A DNA stretch of 63,208 nt, filler included, from Lenisia limosa (taxonomy: Eukaryota > Protista > Breviatea): assembly GCA_001655205.1 (NCBI GenBank). It is 13 parts of 13 records of this genome, joined end to end, with 100 filler letters (N's around TTAATTAATTAA, not from the genome) between each part and the next. Parts side by side here need not be neighbours in the genome. Positions count along the whole stretch, not along the records: positions 5,723 to 14,980 come from LPNZ01001258.1; positions 15,081 to 20,353 come from LPNZ01006151.1; positions 20,454 to 23,573 come from LPNZ01010210.1; 10 more parts are not named here. One strand, given 5' to 3'. Of the stretch, positions 10,448-20,625 are shown piece after piece. Within the stretch, counting starts at the first letter, position 1, and the number at the start of each line of letters is the position of its first letter. The position numbers and the translations under genes were made by a program. The notes under the pieces are model-generated. The model saw only the letters and a program-made list of their open reading frames with translations. It ran no database searches and was not told where the DNA came from.

Positions 10448-11475
10448 ATTAATCATAATATATCTAATGAAGACAGAAGACAGAGATAATGTAATCTACA
10501 GTAGACCAGGGATGACTCAATTTTCTAGAATTGACAAGTGAAAATCAAAAGATATAATGTGTCTAACCAGTTATGTCAAGAATTAGTTGTGGACTGGCTG
10601 TGGAGAGTAGACCGGTGAAGGTTCAGGTTCAGAGACAACATTAACTCTATATCTTACATACCATGGTTGTTCAATCTTAAGGAACGCGGAAGAAGAGTAC
10701 AGGAAAGAAAGTGGAGAGAGAGGAGGGGGGGGGGNNNNNNNNNNNNNNNNNNNNNNNNNNNNNNNNNNNNNNNNNNNNNNNNNNNNNNNNNNNNNNNNNN
10801 NNNNNNNNNNNNNNNNNNNNNNNNNNNNNNNNNNNNAATAATCAGAGGGCCTCAGGTTGGGAAAACGAAATCTCTTAAGGCCTCGCGGGGAGTATACTAA
10901 GCCTGGAAACATTTTTGGTTCTGGATCGGTTTAAGTCAGGGGTTTCGAGTCTACATGTGGCAGTTTTTTCTTCGTATTCTTTTTCTTTTACTTCTTTTTG
11001 AGTCAACTGTAGATTATCCGAATGGTTCTCAATAAGACAAGCCTTCCTTCCCGGGAATGCTTATCTCCAAACGTTGCACATCTCACTTTAATATGTTCCA
11101 TTGAGAGCACGAAGACCCTCTGTTTCAATGAAAGCCAGGATTGGATGGATTGGGATGTTTTCTTCCTTTGTGAGGCAAATTCTTGATTTCTCGATGTCCA
11201 ATGCATCTCTTTCTCTTTTCAAATGATTGTATCTTCAATAACCAGGGGGCCTTCGCTCCTGGAATATTGTACTTCACCAGACAAAAGTGGTGGAGTATGG
11301 AGTGGTGTGCAAAATTATAACATCAAGTTTGGTTTGTAAACTCTTTTTGAATATTGGGATTTTTTCTTGTGTGTATTTAATACATAGTGTGTGATTATGG
11401 ATCTTTATTGTCAATTGACTGGTCCTTTTTTATACTTTAGTCTATCAAGGAGCCCAAAAATGAGGCTAAGATTCT

Positions 11476-11791
11476 TTGATCGACAAGTGGATTGCCCTTC
11501 TTGATTCAGCAACCCCAGAAATTGAGCTTGAGAACCAACGAATTCTCTTTTATGACAGGAACGCCTGGATGTGTGGAGTGTTCAAGGACATCAAGAACAA
11601 CCCCATGGCTTTTGCGGTTACTGTTACAAGTCTTTCAGGTGAAATTGTATCGTCAGAAATTATGGTTGGATAATCCCACTTTTAAATCTCTCGAAAGTGC
11701 AAGAAGGCAATTGCTGATTTGTGACTCTTTGTTTTTGGAATACTATAAAACTTACTTCGGCTTCCTCTTGGGGCCTCATTATATCATATAA
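11476..11791 (+). CDS. Unknown protein fragment
   Basis: Two overlapping ORFs can be joined by a 40-nt GT-AG intron to give IDKWIALLDSATPEIELENQRILFYDRNAWMCGVFKDIKNNPMAFA-KLWLDNPTFKSLESARRQLL. No homology recognised. Confidence 0.3.
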
Positions 11792-12779
11792 TATAGTACA
11801 TATTACGTATCATTTTAATTCACTTTTCACTGAATGAAATCTAATAAATAAAATACGCTAAATGTCGTATTCTTTTTTCAGATTCTGGTATGCGTTATTT
11901 TGTGTAATCTAAAGGGGCGTATTTCGTAGAATAATACAGCGTATCAAGAAAGAGAAAGGTTGTCAACCATTGTCTACTTTCAGCCGCGGCGGCGCCCAGT
12001 ATTCCCTCCTCTATCGCCTTGGCCCCAAGATGTCTTTTCATGAAACTTGCACACATGAAAACCACACCTTTTTTCGGCAGTCTTGTTATTTCTGTAACAG
12101 TCTAAATTTATGGTTTGGGCTGACTTCAAGTCTTCAGCGATCTTAACTGATCAATCTTAACTTGATCTCCAGGAACCTCAACACCCGAATCCAGGCGTTC
12201 TTACGGCTTGTAGCAATGATTGAGGGGGAGGGGATTCAGAGATTTGCCGCATCCTTGGGCGAGAAGTCGGAGAGTGTCGCCATCTCCCTGCTGACAGATT
12301 CTGTGTAGGCTATTTATGATTGAAAACCAAATTAAATATCTTTGGCTTTGTCTCACACTTGTTTCTTCTAGAACGCAATTCAATAGCTTGCTGAAAAGTG
12401 GACACGACAGCTCAACAGCTTGAGAGACAGTTTTCTCAAGCGAGTTAGATGGGAATAATAATATGAAATTGTGCGCCATGTTCAATGATATGCTTGATTT
12501 TCTGTTCTTCTTCCAGTTTAACTGCAATCTAGCATATATAATATGTATAATTATGCTACCGCGCAGAATTCCCGTAAATTATCCGTATTTCCGTATATTA
12601 GAATTTTCTCTAATTGTTTTGGCTTAAATACACGAAAATTCAACAAAAACAATATACAATTAATAAACAGACCAATGATCAAAAACACTAAAATATTCGT
12701 ACAATTTTATGAAATACTACATTTAGAATTGAAAAATAATAATAAAAAAAATCCTAAAAACACAAAAGCTACAATCATC

Positions 12780-13552
12780 TCATTTCATGAGAGCTTTGCG
12801 ACGGCGAGTTTGTGAAGCCTTGATCTTGACAGGGAAGGCAAGGTGAGGTCCCTGGATAGATCCGCGCTTCGTTTTGTTCTAAGTTTTCCTCCCACTCTTC
12901 AACTCTTCAGGGTTGGCGATAACCTAAAAGAGTTAGTGTGAAAGATATAAATACAATGATACGCCAATTTCAAAACATACCTGTCCAGGCTTAAGTGCTA
13001 TCAGTTTCTCCCCTGGTTTGGTATGTAGAACTGGCAGGGACGCTGTACGTCATCAATTGTAGGTCCAGCTTGGCAGGTGCGGAAAACAGCCTTATTTACA
13101 ATGTTTCGATTTGCATCACTTTCAATAAGTGCACGTGTATAGAGTGAGGATGACTCAAATACGCGTGGGTTCCGCAGGGACACGGAAGAAATGGTGGCCG
13201 CAACACCCTCCAAAAAGCTGNNNNNNNNNNAGATAGAGCTGTGGAATTCTGCAGTTTGTCGAATTGAAGGAGTGTTGAGGAATGTTGGTTCGGCGGGGGT
13301 TTTGAGATAGGGTGCATTTGGAGGTGCATGGATGTTGGAATGTGTGAAGAGTGCACGAAGGTAATTGTGGGAAACCAGTGGGTAATCAAGGGGACGGTAT
13401 GTTTCTCCTTTTTCGTAAACATTTATGTCCACAAGGAACGGGTCATATCCATCAAAGGTGTACCCACATGCTTTTTGTGAGGCCCGGATGGCATCATATG
13501 AGGGATGCTTCATTGCCTTGCTTACAATCTCGGTCACTTCGTGAGGGCGCAT
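12780..13552 (-). pseudogene. Degraded ORF with one GT-AG intron, possibly TE-derived
   Basis: A 183-aa ORF continues only through a frameshift (LPVLHTKPGEKLIALKPGQ), a clear intron (about 12924-12979) and an in-frame stop. No family recognised. Confidence 0.35.
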
Positions 13553-14378
13553 GTCACAACAAAATGTTTAAAAAAGTGAGAGGAAAGTTGTAAAATACGC
13601 AAAAAAAATATGCGGTGTTTGACACGGTATTTCAATATTTAATCTTGGGGGGCGAGATGAGTATTTATTATTCAACACATTGATTATATTTCATAAGATT
13701 CTCCCCCTATCGTCTGAAGTTGACAGTAAGCCATGAGGATAGAAGCTTTTATTGTTTGTCATTCACCAGTGCGTGATAGTAAGAATCAGCAACCTGCGAA
13801 AGGGAATATTAAGGTATGACTCAAAGCAGGAATTAGCAAATATGGGGGAGGGGGAGTAAAATTGATGAAACAAAAAACCCAAATGACTCGGGGAGGGCGG
13901 GCGCCATGGAGCTTAGGCGCGAAAGTATGGTAATCTGTATTATGGTATCCCTATGTATTTAATGTTTATTATTTCTCTTGTTCCCAAAAACAATCTAAAA
14001 AATTGGTCAATACTCATTTGGTACTGTCAGAAGATAATAACACATTTCTTACCTCGACCGCAACATGTATCTGGCTCCATCACCGTGACAGACAATAGGG
14101 TTGAATGTTTAGAAGGGCAAGGCTGTAATTAGTACAAACCAAAACTAAATACAGACCAAAAAATGAAAAATAATATTGTTGATAAAAGGGCTAGCCACAT
14201 TGTTTCCCACCTCACTGAAGTATTCGCCTGGGCGAGATCGCGGAAAAAAAACGAATGGAAGCAACTTCCGCATCCTACATGAGCGGAGTGGTGAAACCGG
14301 TCGCAAAGGCAGACAATCCGCGCAGCCAGCCACGGGAAGTGCATCGATAGAGTCTGTGATAGCAAACAATGCGTTGTT

Positions 14379-14960
14379 CATTCAAAATTCACCGGACACA
14401 TCAAAACTCCCGGACAGCTTGAGTTTTTCATATAAAATCATCATAAACCCGATTTCCCTTTTGTTTTCGAAGTAATTTCAATCTTAATTAAAGGATAAAA
14501 CGCCTACTTCATATACTGTCGGGTCAAAACCAAATTAAGTCCCTAAGCTCTCTATTTACGGTCTAAATACTGTCAACAACACGCAAAACCTTGATAAAAG
14601 GCAACATTCAAGGAATAAATGGCAACTATTCGGAAAAGTTTACCCTTGTAGACAGTGCTATTTTGAGCATTTTTCAAAATTCAACATTACATATGGGTGC
14701 AAATTTTTATATCTTAACACTAAAAGAGGGTAAGATTCCGAAAAAATCCTGTAAAAAGACAAAAGGGGGACTACCGGGAGACCAAATTTATGGAATTTTG
14801 ATATTTGCTCCAAATTGAAAATAAAAGTTGGGGAACATTAGGAGGTCCATTTCTCTATGTGTTTGTCGAAGTAGTTTTTTTAACTACACTAACATTAGCC
14901 TATACAAGGTGTCAACTTCAAGCTGTCCGGGAGTTTTGATGTCCGGTGAATTGAATGATG
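14379..14960. mobile_element. Non-autonomous element with about 45-bp inverted arms containing CCGGACATCA subrepeats
   Basis: aattcaccggacacatcaaaactcccggacagcttga (14386-14422) is the near-perfect reverse complement of tcaagctgtccgggagttttgatgtccggtgaatt (14918-14952). The interior is AT-rich and non-coding. Confidence 0.75.
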
Positions 14961-15399
14961 TCCGGAGCTTTGAGGACCCANNNNNNNNNNNNNNNNNNNN
15001 NNNNNNNNNNNNNNNNNNNNNNNNTTAATTAATTAANNNNNNNNNNNNNNNNNNNNNNNNNNNNNNNNNNNNNNNNNNNNCCAACCGTCTATTGGGAGTT
15101 GCAGCGAGGTCATAGCAGGCGTGCGGGTGGGCATTGATCGACAAAACTTCCTAATATGATAAGTGAAACAACAGCCAGCTTGCTAAAAAAAGCCATCGAA
15201 CTAATTAAATAACCCAAAACACACAAAAAGAACTGTAATTTGTGATTTCAAATTGTGACCTCCTGTTTTCCTTTCCCATCTACATGGACTTCTCTTCCAC
15301 ATATTTACATGGGAATCTCATGTAATTTTATCGAAATCTTAGAAATTTAATGGATTCCCAAATAATACAAGGGAATTCCAAGTCGATGCGCCATAGTGT

Positions 15400-15601
15400 T
15401 GCCTCCAGCATTACACAGGCCGCGCAGCAGCGCCGCATTATGGGTCGCGAAGCAAATTGTGAGCTCCTGTTTTTCTTTCCCCTTCTAGCCTCCATGAACG
15501 GACAGCCCCCCAGCCCCAACCTTCAAGGGTCCGGAATCGACGGACAGCAGGGAGTCGTCCCTCGCAAGGACGGAGATGGAGCCTTTGGAGCTGGCGGCTA
15601 G
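15400..15601 (+). CDS. Possible terminal exons of a small low-complexity protein
   Basis: A 30-nt GT-AG intron at 15459-15488 explains the hydrophobic insert in ORF 15350-15601, giving QAAQQRRIMGREAN-SSMNGQPPSPNLQGSG...GAGG*. Confidence 0.3.
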
Positions 15602-15870
15602 AATGGCAAGGCCCTCGGGGACGTACTTCGACCGCAAACTGTGGAAGTCCAATAAAGGGGGAGTAAAACGAAGGAGATTTCGATGAAGAATATTGGGGTA
15701 AAGATACTAATCACGAACCGAATAAGGGGGGGGGGGGGNNNNNNNNNNNNNNNNNNNNNNNNNNNNNNNNNNNNNNNNNNNNNNNNNNNNNNNNNTGGCA
15801 ACACACGAGGGTTGAACGCAACAAAACAAAACAAAGCCCGGGCCAATAATAGCAGCCAGAAATGGCGCTA

Positions 15871-16335
15871 AGGTAGTTCAGTCCTTTTTTTGATTTTGGA
15901 AAAAAATAATAAAAAAAATGTGGTAAGTATTGAAATGAGCCTTCGGGATAATTCCGCAGGGTAATTTTTTGTATGAAATAGCGTCGGGCAGAAAAACGTA
16001 AAAATGCCCATTTTCCCGACTTCCGAGGTTGTTCCAATTTTAGACGTTTTGGGGCTTCGCTTTTTCCACCTTTTTGGGGTTTAAACACGATATTTGAGGA
16101 ATTTGAATAATCTAAGTGACAACGCACAACCAACACCTACACATTGTCGATATATTGTAGTAAAAGTCTCATATAGCCTCGGTTAGGCACATTCGAGGAA
16201 ATTTTCACCCATTTTTGGAATTTCCATGTCAAGGCTATTTAATACGAGAAACTACCCTGTGGAAGGCTCATTTTAAATTACTTACCACATTTTTATTAAT
16301 TTTTTCCAAAATAAAAAAAAAGGACTGAACCACCT
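15871..16335. mobile_element. Non-autonomous TIR element (465 bp) with about 85-bp imperfect terminal inverted repeats
   Basis: aggtagttcagtcctttttttgattttggaaaaaaataat...gtggtaagtattgaaatgagccttc pairs with gaaggctcattttaaattacttaccac...ttttccaaaataaaaaaaaaggactgaaccacct. Confidence 0.85.
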
Positions 16336-16369
16336 TCATGCGCGCACGCAAACCTGGCAAAAGCTGTAA

Positions 16370-19300
16370 TGCTTCCCTCCGAGAGTTGGCCTGTTTTGTG
16401 TTGTCCGGTGGTGGCGGCTTCAAGATCCACACTTGATACCACACGGCGGTCCGGGGTCCAGCTGATGTGCGTCTGGGGGGTACCCGGGCATAGCAGACAG
16501 GTTCGCTCGCTGTTGACCTGTGGGGGGGGGGGGGGNNNNNNNNNNNNNNNNNNNNNNNNNNNNNNNNNNNNNNNNNNNNNNNNNNNNNNNNNNNNNNNNN
16601 NNNNNNNNNNNNNNNNNNNNNNNNNNNNNNNNNNNNNNNNNNNNNNNNNNNNNNNNNNNNNNNGCCGTGAAAATGGTAATTAATGTCGCAGAAACATCAA
16701 AATAGTATTCAACCATTGAGAATTGAGAGATGTTTGTAAGTAGGGCTTCACTTCGGTACGAAAAAGACCTACAAAATATCGATAGGTTCCGAGGATTAAT
16801 CGAGAAATTCGGTCTTTTTTCTAACAGAAGTGAAGTCCAACTTGTAAGACTTTACCTCACCCCCCACCGGTATTTCAGAAATGCATGACATGTCGCTGAT
16901 CTTCCAGGTCACAATACGGGCTTTGGCAAGCCCATGGAAATACTAAATCATGAACAACTAAATAGGAACTGATAATAAGATGCTATCCACACAGTAGCCC
17001 ATATGATGCAAAATGATACATTTACAAGGTAATATGAGGGCTTCACTTCGGTAAAATACTGGTAAAATATTGATCGTTTTCGAGGATTTATCGATAAATT
17101 CAGTCTTTTTCGAACCAAAGTGAAGAGATTATACGACTAGACACCAACCTTGCCACAAGCCGATCTGTGCAGTTGCCACCAAAGAAGCTCCTGTCCGATG
17201 CCTTTGTCCATCTCTTCTTTTTCCTGGAGATGAATGAGACATTCATATGGCCATTATGATGGAGAAGCAGCATCATCCCCCCACAATTCCTCATATCACA
17301 ATTCCTCATATCACAATTCCTCATAGTACCCGTAGTACGCCCCCCACGATATCGTCTTCGTCACTGCTTGATTCTTCTTGGGTCACTTTACTGCCGCAGT
17401 CAATGGTACGTCGCCTGCTTGTTCCCTGGTTTTCCCTCTGTAGTGTAAGGCAAAATTTGAGGGGACGTATAAGTAGTGCTTCACTTCGGTTCGAAAAAAA
17501 GACTGAATTTCTCGATAAAAAGTGAAGCCCTAGGCATCAGACAAGGTTGCTCCATCAGCTTTAAAAGACACAAAAGACCCCCTCCTCACATCTCGAATTC
17601 TCCTCTCCCTCTTCTGTTGCTTGATCTTCTTACGCTGTCTGAACGGGTGGGAGGGAGGAAGCTGAGAGGACACTGGTGGCAAGAGAAAAAAAAGAACAAC
17701 AACAACAACAAGAAGAAGAAGAAGAAGAAGAAGAAGAGTAACAACAAGAAGAAACCTACAACAACAACAACAAGAAGAAGAAGAAGAACAAGAAGAAGAA
17801 CAACAAGAAGAAGAAGAACAAGAAGAAGAAAAAGAAAGAAGCGCAGGAAGATCAACAACCACAACAACAACAACAACAAGAAGAAGAAGAAGAAGAAGAA
17901 GAAGAAAAAGAAAAAGAAAGAAGCGCAGGAAGATCAACAACAACAAGAAGAAGAAGAAGTAGAACAACAAGAAGAGCCACAGCATACCTGATGCGATGGC
18001 GCATGTGTCGCTCTGCCTGGGTGATATCGTATGTATCTGACACTCCGAGGGGCTGTGGGAGAGGTTGTAAAATGGGAAAATTTATGGGGAAAAAAAAAAA
18101 AAAAAANNNNNNNNNNNNNNNNNNNNNNNNNNNNNNNNNNNNNNNNNNNNNNNNNNNNNNNNNNNNNNNNNNNNNNNNNNNNNNNNNNNNNNNNNNNNNN
18201 NNNNNNNNNNNNNNNNNNNNNNNNNNNNNNNNNNNNNNAATCACAAATTACATTAATTTCGTGAAGCTAATAGACTTGAACATTTCGCCTTTCCTCTTCC
18301 TCACCTCCTCCTCTCCCTCTTTGAAAATCATGATTTTATGGCCCTCAAAAGCCACTGCGGCCATGCCGAACTGCAGCATCAGGACGGCTCTGCAGCGCCC
18401 CGCTCCTGTCCACTTCCCAACGAGCGTCGGTGTATTACCTAATGCGGTAACAAGCCGTCAGGAGCTTACCAAATATGGAAGGTGATAATTAGGGCTTCTC
18501 TGCGGTCCAAAAAAGACCGTTTGAATATCGATAGTTATTCAGGATTTATCGAGAGATTCGGTCTTTTGGGACTGTAGGGAAGCCCTAATGACAACAGTCT
18601 GTGGGTGTTTTTCTATGTGTACAGTCAACCGCCGGATCTCTATGATCCTAGTTTTAATAGAGACTGCAAAAAAAGTCCGATTTAGCCCCCCGTACCATCA
18701 AAGGAGAACATATGAACAGCGCCGATGGAATCGCAGAGGATTGTGTATGGTCCAAGACAGTCGACCTTCACCATTGGGGCCAGGGCTTTGGCTCTTTGCG
18801 TCAGCTGCGAGGGGGAGTAAAACAAATAAAATTTAGAAAGGAAGGAAATTTCCATAAATGGGAAAATTTATGAAACAAAAAAGCCCAGACCAGCTTCTGC
18901 AGCAACGCATTCCATCACTCCAGCGTATAAATTTGAAATTTATGAAATAAAAAAAAGCCCAAAATCAACGAGGGGGCGGGGGGGACGGAACGATTCAAAA
19001 ACACAGAAAGGAAAAGAAAAGAGTGAAAATACCCCAATTGGCGTCAAGATATTCCCCTAGCCTAAATCCTCACAACATGAACGCTTAGTTGTCTTGAAAA
19101 GAGTAAGATAACACCAGGAGCCTACTTTTTCCTCCGGAAGCGGCACGAAGGCAATGTTATACACGGACTGTCTGGCGTGGGAATTGCGCGTGACACGTGC
19201 ACCCATCCCGAGAAGACGATCTGTTGATCCAACCTAAAGATCATAAGATCAGAACCGAGGATCTAGGATCTCGGAATTGAGGGAATAAACTGGCTTGCTA

Positions 19301-20338
19301 AATTCATATTGAAAAGGAATGATCCTTGCAAAGAGTATGATTTCTGAAAGCCCACGGTGCAAAACAGAATTATCCCATCCTCGTACTCTCAGACCCCTCC
19401 CCCCATATAGTATATAAATAGCAATGAGAAATAAAAAATAAGGTTAAGCCCTCATACCCATAATTCGAGGTCGCTGAAGAGTCCAGCACCTTCCGCGTTT
19501 TCAGAGCCCATAACCTGAGGGGTTATCTCATTTGAACAAGAGAATCACGAACCGAAATAATCTGAAACTCCAAACAAAAAAACAAGCAACAACAAACACG
19601 AGCAACTTATTTGATCAAGAGAACAATAAAAATAATGGTTTCATCATCTCCTGATTAAGCAGTAATGCAAGATCCTACCCCTAACCCAGCCATCCTTACT
19701 GGGCTTGTTTCTGTTTTTGGGTTTTTGATATCTAGTTTTTTTTCTAGTTTTAGCGTTGGTTGCTCGTGTGTGTTATTACCTTTTGTTTTTGTTTGGAGTT
19801 TTAGATGATTTCGGTTCGTGAATAGAACCTTTACGCCATTATTCTTCATCGAATTTTTCTTCGTTTTACCCCCCCCCCCTTTATTTTTTTGTTTCTTTTT
19901 ATTATTATTATTTCTTATTTAGCCATCCTATCCCCCCACAGTGGCCAAATCTTGGGAGACGTTTTTGTTGCCCATAGCCACAATCTTGAGGGCNNNNNNN
20001 NNNNNNNNNNNNNNNNNNNNNNNNNNNNNNNNNNNNNNNNNNNNNNNNNNNNNNNNNNNNNNNNNNNNNNNNNNNNNNNNNNNNTGAAATTGGAAAATTA
20101 ACAAAAACCAATCAACTATATTGGCTGACAACATACGAGGGTTGATAACAACAAAACAAAGCCCAGGCCACTTTAAAAAAACCCTAGATGTAATACCGAT
20201 ACATGCTATGTGCAATACAAAGATATGATAACGATGCTATGGCGTACCATGGGGCTTGAACCTTGTGACCAGCTTGAGGGACGGCAGGAGTACTACAAAC
20301 GCCGAACCGCTGCTTGTCATCGCCACCAGGAAGTACGA
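16370..20338 (-). CDS. Multi-exon gene, probable beta-propeller (WD40/CNH-like) protein, partial
   Basis: Strand-rich GT-AG exons: SYFLVAMTSSGSAFVVLLPSLKLVTRFKPH, VMGSENAEGAGLFSDLELW-VGSTDRLLG...PEEK-LTQRAKALAP...GAVHMFSFD-GNTPTLVGKWTGAGRCRAVLMLQFGMAAVAFEGHKIMIFK and ARIVTWKISDMSCISEIP. Joins from 19513 to 18300 are phase-consistent; the 3' exons are uncertain. Confidence 0.6.
16743..16838. mobile_element. MITE family A copy (intronic)
   Basis: ta|gggcttcacttcggtacgaaaaagac...gtcttttttctaacagaagtgaagtcc. Confidence 0.85.
17038..17127. mobile_element. MITE family A copy
   Basis: gggcttcacttcggtaaaatac...cagtctttttcgaaccaaagtgaag. An internally deleted copy is at 17476-17530. Confidence 0.8.
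17690..17985. repeat. Compound (CAA)n/(GAA)n microsatellite inside an intron
   Basis: Alternating caa and gaa runs with a duplicated aagaaagaagcgcaggaagatcaac unit. It generates spurious poly-K/N, poly-L and poly-S ORFs. Confidence 0.9.
18492..18585. mobile_element. MITE family A copy (intronic, TA on both sides)
   Basis: ta|gggcttctctgcggtccaaaaaagac...gtcttttgggactgtagggaagccc|ta. Confidence 0.8.
18805..18930 (-). repeat. Modular intronic repeat family D (ends TTTTACTCCCCC...AG)
   Basis: The module ctggagtgatgggatgcggtgctgcagaagcgactggcctgggctttg is followed by tttgtttcataaatttcccatttttactccccc. Copies or fragments occur at 1-62, 3715-3880, 6018-6050, 15655-15870, 18050-18105, 20090-20170, 20866-20895, 21370-21517, 25665-25700, 30416-30545 and 48085-48190. 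Confidence 0.8.
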
Positions 20339-20625
20339 CTGGGGGGGGGGGGGNNNNNNNNNNNNNNNNNNNNNNNNNNNNNNNNNNNNNNNNNNNNTTA
20401 ATTAATTAANNNNNNNNNNNNNNNNNNNNNNNNNNNNNNNNNNNNNNNNNNNNAATGACCGAACATCCAAACCCCCTGGTCCGTCAGAACCCCTGAAGGA
20501 GACTGGAGGCCCTCCAAACCATCCGCACGTGAGCTTGTTCGGTCAAAGACGACAAAATATCGATAGTTTTCGGACATTGTGTGATGATGAACTCATGACT
20601 TCAGCCACCATCCGAGTCGCCACCA

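Noticed and set aside
17476-17991. ORFs encoding poly-Lys/Asn, poly-Leu or poly-Ser proteins
   Set aside because: They are translations of the intronic CAA/GAA microsatellite.
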